A stretch of DNA of 63,888 nt, counting the filler, from Dirinaria sp. TL-2023a (Eukaryota), in assembly GCA_051941275.1 (NCBI GenBank). It is 4 parts of 4 records of this genome, joined end to end, with 100 filler letters (N's around TTAATTAATTAA, not from the genome) between each part and the next. Parts side by side here need not be neighbours in the genome. Positions count along the whole stretch, not along the records: positions 32,010 to 47,904 come from JAVEBF010000518.1; positions 48,005 to 63,888 come from JAVEBF010000519.1; 2 more parts are not named here. One strand, written 5' to 3'. A program made the position numbers and the translations under genes. Below the pieces are notes generated by a model. That model ran no database searches and was not told where the DNA came from. It saw nothing but the letters and a program-made list of their open reading frames with translations. Position 1 is the stretch's first letter. The number at the start of each line of letters is the position of its first letter. Positions 39,514 through 51,077 of this stretch are shown in pieces.

Positions 39514-40656
39514 ATGCTGAGTTGGGTGCCATCTATCGAATATGGCGGCACTCGCCAAGGCTATTGGCATCCAGTCACAGCTACATTGAACTGGTGTGAA
39601 GAAGTTTGCTCAACCAAGGTCCCAATATTGCCCAGAACTGACCGGTTTCAGGACTATTACGGATCATTCTATGTTGCAGAATTTATCAATACCATAACCA
39701 ACCTCTGGTTCATGTATCTTGCCTATTTGGGCATCCAAAGTTGTAGAAGAAATGGACATGATACAATATTCATCGTCACTTTTGTTGGCTACCTTCTTGT
39801 TGGGACCGGAAGCTTTTGCTTTCATGCCTCCTTGAAATGTACGCCTGAGTTCTTGCTTACTGACTCTGAAGGATCACTCATTTAATGCTCCCTATTCGCA
39901 GATCCGATGCAACTGGTGGACGAGCTGAGCATGATCTATACAACATGCCTCATGTGCTACGCTACCTTCTCGTATTCGAAATCCCGCCTCTACTCATTCT
40001 TGCTGGCCCTAGGACTGGTATCCCTCGCGCTGTTCATCACGTTGTATTATCACTACCTGCAGGACCCAGCGTTCCACCAGAACGCATACGCCATCCTCAC
40101 AGCGATCGTCTTCTTTCGTAGCGTGTATGTTATGGAATTCACCCTTCGTCCATCGTTGACGAAGAAAGAGGATGAGTTCAAGCTGCTACGAAAGCGGTCG
40201 ATGAATGTTGACGAGAAGGAGATTTCGCGGTCAGCTGAGAGCAGAGATGCCAAGATTCTCTCAACCATGTGGGTTATGATAGTCACTGGCCTGTCAATAT
40301 TTCTCACCGGCTTCTTGATCTGGAACCTCGACAATCTATTCTGTCCGAAGTTACGGGTCTGGCGAAGACAGATTGGTCTACCATGGGGCATGATACTGGA
40401 AGGACATGGGTGGTGGTAAGACAACGCAGTAGCCCTAGAACATGAGATCAAAAGCTGATTAGTAATTAGGCATCTCTTGACTGGCTTGGGCGCATATTTC
40501 TACATTACTTGGGTTATCTGGCTTCGTCACTGCCTGAACGGCCGGCAAGACGAATACATGATGATATGGCCGTCTTTCTTCTCACTTCCCGAAACGGTTC
40601 GATTGAACAGATCCAATGGTACTAATCACTTCAATGCCTCTAAAAAATTGCAATGA
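39514..40656 (+). CDS. Alkaline ceramidase (Ypc1/Ydc1 family)
   Basis: GYWHPVTATLNWCEEDY, AEFINTITN, GSFCFHASLKYPMQLVDELSM, LEGHGWWHLLTG; introns 39604-39651, 39839-39901, 40416-40469. Confidence 0.95.
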
Positions 40657-41199
40657 CGCATATCGTGGACCAGATAGAAATAGATGGATAATGTCAATAT
40701 TGTGAAGATGATTTATCTAATCCACATCAGGACGCCGCTTTGTAACACTGTGCCCCCGAGGAATGCTCTCAGAGTTCAAAAGCTGGCCATTGAATGTACT
40801 CTGCAGGACCCGGACTGACTTGGAAGGCTGTGTTATGGTTGACAGACTTGAGAAAGAGTGATTCGTTGACATGGAGTAATACTCGATTCCGCCGGATGCC
40901 CTAGATCTAAGACCAAAACCCTGATCTCAGTGCAGATATGCAAGCACTCACAACAGGAAATCAGATTCCTTTAAAAGGGACTTGGAGGATGTAGGACAGT
41001 CAATTGATAATAAGTCTTCTAAGGTAGGCAATGAACAGTGGTGAGCCAAGGTACTATTCTATTTCGCCTGATGTGAGAAAATTTTCGGTGGATTTTGAGT
41101 AAATTGATGAGTTGATGGAAAGATGGAAGGATGGAAAGCAGAATGGTCTGTGTTCTGCTCTAGTGTTGATATTTAAAATTAGAGCTTTTGGTTTTCAAC

Positions 41200-41280
41200 T
41201 GACAAGTGGCTTAGGTGTAAAGCAGGGGCTCCGAATGGAGTATGAAGTCACTAGGGTCGAGTTCGAATCGCGAACTTCGC
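41200..41280 (+). other. Degenerate tRNA-like element (pseudo-tRNA or SINE head)
   Basis: D-arm GCTT-AGGTGTA-AAGC and T-arm TCGAG-TTCGAAT-CGCGA; acceptor and anticodon stems are imperfect; related copy at 42845-42893. Confidence 0.4.
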
Positions 41281-42844
41281 CTATAAGCATAGCGGAAGAT
41301 AATCCCTCCGATAGGGGTTTCTGTAACCATACACCCCCTGGCCTGCGGGCCTTGGGCTGTACGGTGAGTCTTTTGCTTTTTTTTTATTTTGTAATGCCTT
41401 TTGGATTGCGCTTCTAATAGGCTTGTATCGATTGTTTTACGCTACGCTACCTTAGTGTATAACTGTATAAAGTGTTACGAGAGGTTATGATCTCGCTTAT
41501 CTGATTTGAAAGTTCTTTCATTCAGCACGGCAGACCCAGCCACTGGATTAAAACATCAAAAGCTGACAACACCTGAGGGATCTAAAATTCTACTTCAGCT
41601 ACGAGGGTAATGACCTCTAGATGCTCAACTCCAGCATTCCTCTCCCAGACATTTCTTCCGGAGCTGGTCTGAGGTCAATATGGCTATTGACGGGCCGTAG
41701 TTTCTACACATCAAAAGGCACATATGGCAAGTATAGAACGGAGCTTCTATCGCAGAGCATCATATGATATTTCAGGCTAACATCTCTAGGATCTCCAGGT
41801 ACGGTTTCATTCGTGCTAACCTTCAGGCGATATCGATAATCTCACCTTTCATGGATACAATAAGTCTCGACTTGTCAGGTGCTTCCCTACTCATGCAAAT
41901 ACCACCCTGTTGATCATACCGCGGGAGCTTATTGCACATGGTTTCAGCGTGCTAAATTCGTCCGTCTTTTGCAACAACATTGCGTGACCGGCGCGTACAG
42001 AGAAAAGGAGCTCGGCTTGCTCTAAGCGGACGTCAATATTCCGCTCATTCAGAATCCAGCAGCCTTCAAGTTCTCAAAGCTGACCGATGTCGAGCCCGCA
42101 CTGAAGGTTTGTGATGAAAAAGTTTGATAGGTGGACTAGAAATGGAGACAATCACCGAGCCGAGACTCTACTCCTGGACTGTATCTTTTCATGATCGCAA
42201 GAAAGTAAAATCTTTGCCACGAACGCAGGGGTGTAATTTTCGCTTCAGAGTGACGACTCAATTCCCGCAAATCGAACGCCAGACTCGAAATCTCTTCTGA
42301 ATTTATTCCATGATTTCAAATGAGATTGATGGTAATAAGCTGACTGTTATGAGTCTTAATCGTCGTTCTCTTGCGAGACGGACGTGGTTTGTAAAACTCT
42401 TGATATGTTGTACATGAAGTTCCATTCTGGATTGCTGATGGATATATCATTCAATACCTAATCATCCATACACAAAATCTGCAAATGCCGATCGACGTGT
42501 AAGAGCCGCAGTATTGTGATCGGAGTCGTATGTCGTGGTCGATCAAATTTTTACCATGTGTATTTTCGAATTAATCGATATGAATGGAGTAGCTCAGCGA
42601 AATGACTCAACACCGAGAACTTCTTGGATCCTTTGATGGTCGAGAAGACAGTTTTCAAAGCCTGCTATTCGCTCAAGTAAAGGCTCGCAAGATCTATTTT
42701 AACTCGTTGATGGCATATGCATGCCAAGATCTCCAATCAATCATGTGGACTGGGCAGGGCACCAGTTTTCTCCGGCACTCTAGAAACTTCCATACTCAAT
42801 ATCACCATCTGCATGATCCTCGGTGACCTGATTAGCTCATGATA

Positions 42845-42893
42845 GGCTTCGAAACGAGGTATCAAATCACTAGAGCCGAGTTCGAGTCGCGAA
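42845..42893 (+). repeat. Second diverged copy of the tRNA-like element
   Basis: Core 42867-42893 matches 41248-41274 at 24/27 nt; all three differences are transitions. Confidence 0.6.
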
Positions 42894-42965
42894 TGCCCAG
42901 TTATTGGCGAATCCGAGAAGCTTGATATGTAATGTTACATAAGTTGATGCTAGAGATCAAGTGCT

Positions 42966-43518
42966 ATGGCAAACGAATGGGATCTATCTCATCTCCCCGG
43001 TGAGATCGAGGACCAGATCATCAGCAACCTAGAGCCGTCGGCGGCGATCGCTCTAAGCCAGGTTAATCGCTACTTCAACCAACGTGTTTCCCTTCATCGG
43101 CTCGACAGATCTGACGTTAAGCGCTATCTATCGATGTTAGTCCCGAGGACGGCATTTTCAAGACAGAAACTTCGCCTGTTTCACATGCTTCCGCATCAAA
43201 TCGGAAACAGAGTTCACGAAAGGGCACACTAGGGGCAAAAAAGGCAAAAACGGCGATTATTGGGATCGCCGCTAGTGCCTCTCCTGCGGCGAGACGAATC
43301 AGTTCCTTACTCCTGGGACTATTGTGGCCATAAGCGGCGGCAGCGAGACAAAGATTCTCTGCAAGCAATGCCGGACGTTGAATGTCGAGTTCTGCTATAC
43401 TTGCAAACGGTGTCCCATGTGCATTGGGAAAAAGGGGGCGCTGAAGCCCGATATGGATAAATATGTGCTTTGGAGGTACTGCAGCCACCCTGCTTGGAAG
43501 AGGAGGCTCGACACCTAG
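42966..43518 (+). pseudogene. F-box plus Cys-rich (Zn-finger-like) protein pseudogene
   Basis: F-box-like LSHLPGEIEDQIISNL..ALSQVNRYF; frameshift near 43135-43141 into FACFTCFRIK..F..G..RG; in-frame TAG at 43273-43275, then CLSCG and CKQC/CYTCKRCPMC. Confidence 0.72.
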
Positions 43519-43848
43519 TCTGACAATGGCCTGCCGCCATTTATATCGCGCTTTGCTTTGGGGGATAAATCCATCCACGGAGCTTGATTTGTCGAACAAT
43601 CATGGCTTGCCAGGTGAAACTAGTCCAGCCCGGTCTGGCGTGTCATAAATATGATGGAGCTGCTCAAAGTCCGAAGGGTCATGCAAACCGCTTATGGATG
43701 GAGGAGAATCGAGGCATTTTGAAAGGATGTAGGTAGCGGAGCTTTCTGTAAAGCGAGTCCCTATTATGTACTAGCACAATACCTGCTTTTTCGGGGGCCG
43801 AATTCTTTTATCTTTCTTAAAGCGTTACAACCCTCTTGCCAAAAATAG

Positions 43849-44205
43849 TCAATCCCTTCCACTCCGGATATCAATGTCATCTCGATTTATCTCGTTAGAT
43901 GCAGCAGAAGCGGTAGACTTCTTGAGCAATTTTCTCAACTCGATCATGATCTTCTCGCAATCTATCACGCATTTGCTGGCATTGGGAAGACCATCCTCGC
44001 TCCATGCTTTTGTGGTCTCATTCCTCTCAATGAGCGTCCCAAGGTCGCAGAGCTGGCCGAATGTAGCTTCAATATCGCTGACCGAGCTCGATATGTCATC
44101 TCGCGCATCGAATAAATCGGAAATATAATTATTCAGCGCTGTAGCAAGACTGAATCCGACTTGTATCACACTGACTATGGCGCTTTCTTCGCTGATCCCA
44201 GCCAT
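43849..44205 (-). pseudogene. Isolated or truncated fungal N-terminal helical (STAND/NLR-associated, HeLo-like) domain
   Basis: SAIVSVIQVGFSLATALNNYISDLFDARDDISSSVSDI...CVIDCEKIMIELRKLL; stops after 118 aa with no NTPase domain following. Confidence 0.55.
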
Positions 44206-44741
44206 GATGCTGGGTATCGAATCTTTGGCCCCAAGATACGGAAGCAAAGCAAGAACGGATTAATGAAGGGTTAATTTATCGAGTGTTTATGTAAGTACCA
44301 GAAAACCTTTATTGTTTGCTGGCAGCTGCAACAAAAAGGAAGACGGGACCTAAGGGTAGCAAATTTCTTATCAGCGCCGAATATCACGAATGAGAGGTTT
44401 GTGATGAGCTTTTCTGAGCTCTATCGCTTCATATCTGAAGCGGCGACCTCATTGTGAGGCTGAGATTCAGCCACGTCACATGATGATTCTGGGGGCTGAA
44501 ATCAGTATCTAGAAACTTCTCCAGAGACACCTGGATACCTAGGTAGGTACTATAGAAGGATCGATAGCCTCGGCCCTACACAACCGAGTCATCCTAAAAG
44601 GCAAATTTCCCAAAGGCACGTTGCTCTGAGCCTACAGCCTCGCAGATACATCAATTCAAGACTCGCAATAAAAGTCGACAAAGACAAAAATCAGCAGTTC
44701 AATCTTAATCTTCACGCATCCTTTTCGATAGAATAGCTACC

Positions 44742-46276
44742 ATGGAGGCGCAATCATCAAACCACATTGTGCAATTAGCTTCCGTCATTTCCACAAATAC
44801 CAACAAATTCGATAATTGGCTTACATCTCACGGGATTCCATCGCCGTCATTTGGAATAGAAACACCACCGAAGTTACAAGTGCCGAAAGATATAGCACAA
44901 GCCCGTCAGGCGGTGATCGAGGCTACCACAGAGCTTCAAGCCCTCATGCTAGGGCCCGTAGGGCATTTGCAACATCAGACTCGTGACGTTAGCTACCCGA
45001 GTCTGTGCTTTGGTGATTTCTACTAGACTGACGCGTATCTTTTGCTTAGCATACGAATTTAATTGCTGTGCATGCCATTTTTCGATTTCAAATCGCAACT
45101 AGCCTTTCAATTGACGGAGAGGCATCCTACAAGCAACTCTCGGAAGATTGCGGTTTGGCTGAGCAGACCCTACGTCGTATCGTGCGTTATTCGATGACTA
45201 GGCATATATTCAGAGAACCTCGACCTGGATTTGTATCACATACAGCAACTTCCAAAGCCATTGCTCAGATTCCCATGCTGCGAGAGTATGCCAAAATGGT
45301 TTGCGAAGAATTGTGGCCTGCAGCAACTCGAGTATTTCTCTTCTAATAAAGTGAGCGGTAGAATTTTCTAATAATTGAAATCAGACCGTTGACGCTCTTT
45401 CGAAATGGCCAGGATCTGAAGAACCAAATCATACGGTATGGTCTGTCCTTACGTTGATTGGGCAGGCATTAAGAGTTTTTGCATAGGGGTTTTCGCTCAG
45501 TAACAATACCGATGATCCTCTTTTTACACTCCTAGAGAAATTCCCAGGCCGATCCAAACGATTTGCAAACACCATGAGCATGATGAGCACTTACGAAGGG
45601 TTTGAGCCTGAACATCTCGTCGCGGCCTTCCCTTGGGATACGTTTCAGGCGAAAACTTTCGTCGATATCGGCGGCTACTACGGCAGAAACAGCATTGTTC
45701 TCGCCGAAAACGTCGAGGGTATCCAGTGCATCGTGCAAGATCTTCCTGCCGTTATTGCGAAACGAGACTTTAACTTATCTCCCGAACTGAAAGACCGAGT
45801 CCAGTTCATGGAGCATGATTTCTTCACAAAGCAGCCTGTGAAGGGAGCCGATGTGTACTTCTTCCGCTAGATTTTCCACGATTAGCCGGATAAGTACTGC
45901 ATCAAAATCCTGCAATGCTTGATCCCTGCGCTTGAAAATGGCAACAGGATTATCATCTGCGATATGACTTTACCACAGCCTGGAGTAATATCACCTTATC
46001 AGGAGTATTTGATGCGGTGAGATATAATCCAAATATTGATTTTCTTCCTCCAATCTGCTGCCTGCTTATTAATATACGAGATCTGACTAGAGCCTTTGCA
46101 GTTCTTTTGACCTCGCTATGCTAGAGTTGCAGAACTCGAAAGAGCGTGAAGTTGATGATTGGAAGAGCTTATTCGAACGTGCAGACAAACGATTCCGTTT
46201 TTTTGGAGTTAAGATACCTTTAGGGTCAAAGCTATCGTTCATCGAAGTCAAGTGGGAGACAGAAAGCTTGTCTTGA
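44742..46276 (+). pseudogene. SAM-dependent O-methyltransferase (Methyltransf_2) with two premature TAG codons, otherwise intact
   Basis: Introns 44988-45049, 45332-45384, 45436-45486 and 46017-46101 all keep frame; motifs VDIGG, VQDLP, FMEHDFF, GADVYFFR*IFHD*PDKY, KERE..DW; TAG at 45868-45870 and 45883-45885. Confidence 0.88.
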
Positions 46277-47904
46277 ATTTATCTCGTGGCGGAGAGCAAT
46301 AGGGGGTAGGCAATCCGGTGCATCTACCACTGCTGGCCCGATTCTCTCTTTGTCAATAACTAAAAACAGAATCAAACCTTCATTATCCCGACTACATTTA
46401 GTGTTATTCTCGATAACCAAGTCTGTGCCGGTACCTTGAATCTATTGGTACTCATGTCGGAGGTTTGATCGGAATATTTTCAATATCTTGAGCAGCCACC
46501 TAACCATCCAACGAAGTTCCTTTACAAGACAATTAGCAATCATAACAGATATTATTTTCTATTCTTCTTCTTTCTCAGGACTCGAAAGAGATAGGTGTTG
46601 CAGCTACATCTCTCCTTAATTTTTTACGTTTAACATCCATTACCGTTTGCTGTCAATTCAGTTGCAAGAAGCGTGCTAGCTTTGCGTGGGTCTTGAGTCG
46701 GGTGTTTCGACTAGGCATCCACATTTTGACAGGCCTCGATAATAAGTATGGGATGACTGACTGTATTCGTCAGTCTTTCTTAGAAATGCTTTGTCACGAG
46801 CTTCGGTCAATTATATACACCAATACAAAAGCCGAATAGCCGAGTCGACTTGTTTTATTTGACACTTTTTGCTGTCATAGGGTACCTGTGAATGAGGCAC
46901 ATTTATGCGCCTTTCCATGCAGTAAGACGGACCAAGGTTACCGGAGGAGGTCGCTGTCCCGATACTGTTATGACGGACTGTTATTGCAACAGAGAGCCAA
47001 GCATGTTTCCAAAGATCTGAGTCTACAAAACTATGAAGCTCGGTCGAAAGATTCAGCCATCAACGTTGATTCGAGGTATCTTGTTCTTGGAAAGATCATA
47101 TTCCGGCTGACTGCAGGAAAGGCCAAGGCTCAGCTCATAGTAGAATTGCCCCAGGCAGATGAGAGCCCAATGGTCTAGCCTCTTGCGAAGTCATGGTGCG
47201 CTTGTTCTTTTGAATCAAAGGTGTCATCTTTTAATGACTGTTGGACATTTGCAATTGGGGTCAATGGAAGACTATAGTCTGATCATCCACCGGAGCGGCA
47301 AAGCGTTGGCAATGCTGAGCCGACTTCAATGGATCGAATGCTCGTGTTCGGAGATTGAGCTTTGGAATGCCAGAGGATTACGGATTCATTTTGCAGAAGC
47401 TCCTATCCCCTTCTCTGCCTACTCAGATACGCATGGGGCCTCTGAGATGGTATTCATCAGTGACCCATTGGTATATGGGTACGACAAATAATTATTCCCC
47501 AAGTGATATATTCCTCGTATTCCTAGAGCCGTCATACAGTCGAAATGAAAGTCGAGAATTCAGTCGTCAATTGCAAACGACCGTCGAGAATTTTCGACGG
47601 TCGAATTTGTATTCAGTTTTTAGATTCAATACTGATATTGATGGTACACTCTGTGTTAAGATTATGAGGGTGCGATCCAGGATAAGGTGCAAGTAGCAAG
47701 GTAGGGTGCATAGTATGTATTGTGTAGAGACTATGGAAGAAAGTATGAAGCAGGTGAGAAGGAAAGGTGCTAAGTACCCGGTGTGTGGGTGCCAAGCCGC
47801 TAGTGAAACGCGCTAAGCCTACTTGGTCAAACCATCCCCAACAACACCAGGTAGGTGGTTATTGCCCTTCTTAACACTCTGTATTAATGTATGACTAGAA
47901 GTCA

Positions 47905-48004
47905 NNNNNNNNNNNNNNNNNNNNNNNNNNNNNNNNNNNNNNNNNNNNTTAATTAATTAANNNNNNNNNNNNNNNNNNNNNNNNNNNNNNNNNNNNNNNN
48001 NNNN
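47905..48004. other. Artificial contig linker N44-TTAATTAATTAA-N44
   Basis: Identical 100-nt spacer. Confidence 0.98.
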
Positions 48005-48199
48005 GATGTGCGGTGTGGAGGGAAGGGGGGAAGAGTGTGGGCGATTTAGTTTGTGTGGCGGGTTTTCGTTTTCTAGGCATAGGGAACAGATTTGGGGATC
48101 CAGCATTAGATGGGCTGAGTTGCTTACATATAGCTTCAGAGCTGGGCCTGAAGCGAGTGTACAAATGAATGATTGGGATATAACTGCACACTAAGGTAC

Positions 48200-50236
48200 T
48201 TAAGCCAATCTCACCCCAGCCTGCCTGTTCTTCTTCGCCGTGGCCCCCATAGCGTTATTCATGCCCGTCGCCTGACTGGCGTCCAAGGCGCTCTGCGCCA
48301 GCCTCGACTTCTCATCCTCGATCTTCTTCAGATGCTTCTCCGTCTTCTGCTTCCCGCTGCCCTTGCCGTGGAACTGGTGGCTCAGGTGCTTGAAGGCTTC
48401 CTTCTGGTTCATCGACCGCCCGAACTCGTCCACGTACTTCAGCTGCACGTCCGGCCTGTACTCGCGGTTGAAGATCTCGGTCATGAGCCGCGACTCCTGC
48501 TGATCCCGCTGCTTGTTCTCCCAGCGGGCGTGTTCCTCGCGCTCCCGGGCGGACATGCGGTCCAGACGGCCGGAAGCACGGTCCCGCTCGCGTTGCGCGC
48601 GCGCTTTGGCCTCGGCCGCGGCTTCACGTCGTTGCTTCTCCGCCAGGAACCTTTGGCGTTCGCGGTGGATGGCGTTGAGGTCTCCCTCGTCGCCTTTCTT
48701 GATCAGCCCACGTTGGGACAGGAGCGATAATGTAGCGCCGAGTCCGTTGTTGAGAGTCGCCTCATCGTCTAAACCGGTACCGGTGAGACCAGGTGTGCCT
48801 GGCGTGGAGGTTTCACGTTTCATGCGCTCGTCGAGGGTTTCGTCGTCTTCAATGTCGTTGTATGAACGGCCCATGTCCATATCTAAATCTTTGTCTTCTT
48901 CTTCGTCTTCATCTTTGATGAGAGCGTCTGCCTTTGCTGGACTCGGCTTTCGGGGCTCTGGCCGATTTCTTGCTTCTTCCTGTGCCCGTTGGAGGTTGGC
49001 TACAAATTCTGATGTCTCGTCGATCACTAGACCGCCTTCTTCAGACGGATCATCTTCCATGGCGTCACCAGGTGCAGGAGTAGCTGAAGCCTCCTCTCGT
49101 AATGTCCGAGCGAGATCCTCAGGCTTAGTCCGCTTTCGCTTTTTTAGCGCCGATCGTCTCTGATTTGCCAAAGCAGCTTGCAAGTCGTCGTCATCTACAA
49201 ATGATGAAGAGACTGGCTTTGATGTCGGCAGTGTGTTTTCGGCAACACTGTCGACTTCCATGGATTCGCCATTCGGAGCCATCTCGTTGCTCGCTATGCC
49301 TGGGAACATTTCATCATCGCCGAGTGCCTTTTGCCTTGTGCTTTTGGCTTTCTTCTTCTTAGGTCTACGTATTTTGGCTTCGGAAGCCTCCTTATAGTCG
49401 GAGATGGGCACATCCTCCTTGTTGAAGTCTAAGCTGAAAGGTTGTGCCTTCAACCTCTCGCCAACAGATCGTTTCGTGGCCTCACGCTCCTCTGCCGTCG
49501 CACCTTGCCCATCTAGAGTAAAGCGTTTCCGCTTTTTGCCTTCAATTGCCTCGTCGTAGTGCTGAAGGATGGTCGAATTCCCGTCTTCATTAGCGGCGTT
49601 GGGGTCGTAGATCGGCTTTTTCTTCTTGACTTCTAGTTTCTCATTGAGTGCCTCCCGTTCCCTTAGGTCAACATTCTCCAGCTCGTCACCCTCCTCCTCG
49701 TTCTGGTCGATTGTCGTATCCTTCAGCGTGAGGACTTGCTCTCCACCGCCTTCAAAGTCTGCTAGTTCATGAGCGACTTTCACTCCGGCAAGGTCCTCAG
49801 CCGTGTACTGTGGCACATTGTCCCTTTCCGCGAGCTCTTGCTCAAGTCGGCGGAGCTTGTCCTGCTCAATCTTCTTCTGCCTCTTCTTTGCGCCCTTCAG
49901 CCAGGCCTTCGTGTCAATGTCACCTTTCTCGTCCGCTTCGCCAAGGCCCTTGCCTTGAAGTACGGCGTATTTGCGAGCGGTATCCCTAGCTTTTTTGATG
50001 GCCTCATTCTTCGCTTCTCGCTTGGCTTTAGCATCTTTTTCTTCTTGCAGTTGCTTCCAATTATCGTACCCTTGTGCTTGCCTTGATTCTAAGGTGCTGC
50101 CTTGTTCTTCTTCTGAAGAGCTCTCCTCATCCTTGGAGGTCTTGAAAGAAGGCCCACTTCCTGGCACAGGGAGAGGCGGAAGGCCAAGTGCTACACGGAC
50201 TTTGTTGGTCTCCTCGATCGAGATCGAATCCGCCAT
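48200..50236 (-). CDS. SNU66: U4/U6.U5 tri-snRNP protein Snu66 / SART-1
   Basis: HIND motif ISIEETNKVRVALGLPPL; VLTLKD; YRPDVQLKYVDEFGR..QKEAFKHLSHQFHGKGSGKQKTEK; single exon. Confidence 0.96.
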   Translation of the reverse strand: MADSISIEETNKVRVALGLPPLPVPGSGPSFKTSKDEESSSEEEQGSTLESRQAQGYDNWKQLQEEKDAKAKREAKNEAIKKARDTARKYAVLQGKGLGEADEKGDIDTKAWLKGAKKRQKKIEQDKLRRLEQELAERDNVPQYTAEDLAGVKVAHELADFEGGGEQVLTLKDTTIDQNEEEGDELENVDLREREALNEKLEVKKKKPIYDPNAANEDGNSTILQHYDEAIEGKKRKRFTLDGQGATAEEREATKRSVGERLKAQPFSLDFNKEDVPISDYKEASEAKIRRPKKKKAKSTRQKALGDDEMFPGIASNEMAPNGESMEVDSVAENTLPTSKPVSSSFVDDDDLQAALANQRRSALKKRKRTKPEDLARTLREEASATPAPGDAMEDDPSEEGGLVIDETSEFVANLQRAQEEARNRPEPRKPSPAKADALIKDEDEEEDKDLDMDMGRSYNDIEDDETLDERMKRETSTPGTPGLTGTGLDDEATLNNGLGATLSLLSQRGLIKKGDEGDLNAIHRERQRFLAEKQRREAAAEAKARAQRERDRASGRLDRMSAREREEHARWENKQRDQQESRLMTEIFNREYRPDVQLKYVDEFGRSMNQKEAFKHLSHQFHGKGSGKQKTEKHLKKIEDEKSRLAQSALDASQATGMNNAMGATAKKNRQAGVRLA

Positions 50237-51077
50237 GTCGATTAATACGGGAGTCGACACGTGCAGCCTACAGAATGTAGAGCGTTTAGAAGTTTACGTC
50301 GTAAACAGCAGTGACGGGTGTGATTTCGAGATCATTCGTGATAAAAGTATGCCCGAGGGAGCCTTTTGTGCAGAAACACGCTTAACCCAAAATGGCATTA
50401 ACGGAATATATTCCGCTCGCACATATTAAAATGTCTTCAACCAACATCTCCAATCTCTCAGCTACAAGACCTGTGTCCACTGCCCTGTTGCCCTTACCAG
50501 GTGTCTTTCAGGAGAAGGTGGACAGCTTGACCGAAGCGTGGAGCCATCTATTCCCTCGCCAGGAATTTTCCTTCACCAGGAACGTGATGTCAATCATCCG
50601 GTCAACAGATCTAAGATAGATACTGGTGCCATAAGCCTGAGCTCGCTCTCGGGCTGAGCTCGGCGGACTGGCTACTGGGGGCGTCATATTCCACCTCCTT
50701 TCGTCGAGGCCGTTGGCTGATGAGATTAAGGAATAACCATGACTTGCATACATACATAAATGGGATGGCGGAATCATGTTAAAATGAGTTGTTCCTTACG
50801 CATGGATGCATCTCGATCCTGATAGCTATGGCCAACAGCTGTATGCACTACGATAGGCGGCGATTTTTCTCATTCGGACCTTCTGTTGACGGTATATGTG
50901 TATGTAAATACATGGCTCGATATATAAGCCCTGAGGAAATACAAGGATTAAATCCCCCAAAATTACTCGCTATTCCTGTACTCCTCTACGTTTTGCGCTC
51001 GGTGTGCGGTGGCAAAGCACCAGCGCATCCTCAATGGTATCGTTTGAAAATCAAAACTCGAGCTCTCAACGGTGGCT

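Noticed and set aside
45868..45885. Genome-wide reassignment of TAG to Trp
   Set aside because: IES2, RPN13 and RPL6 (the last two on the same contig) end at TAG at their expected C-termini.
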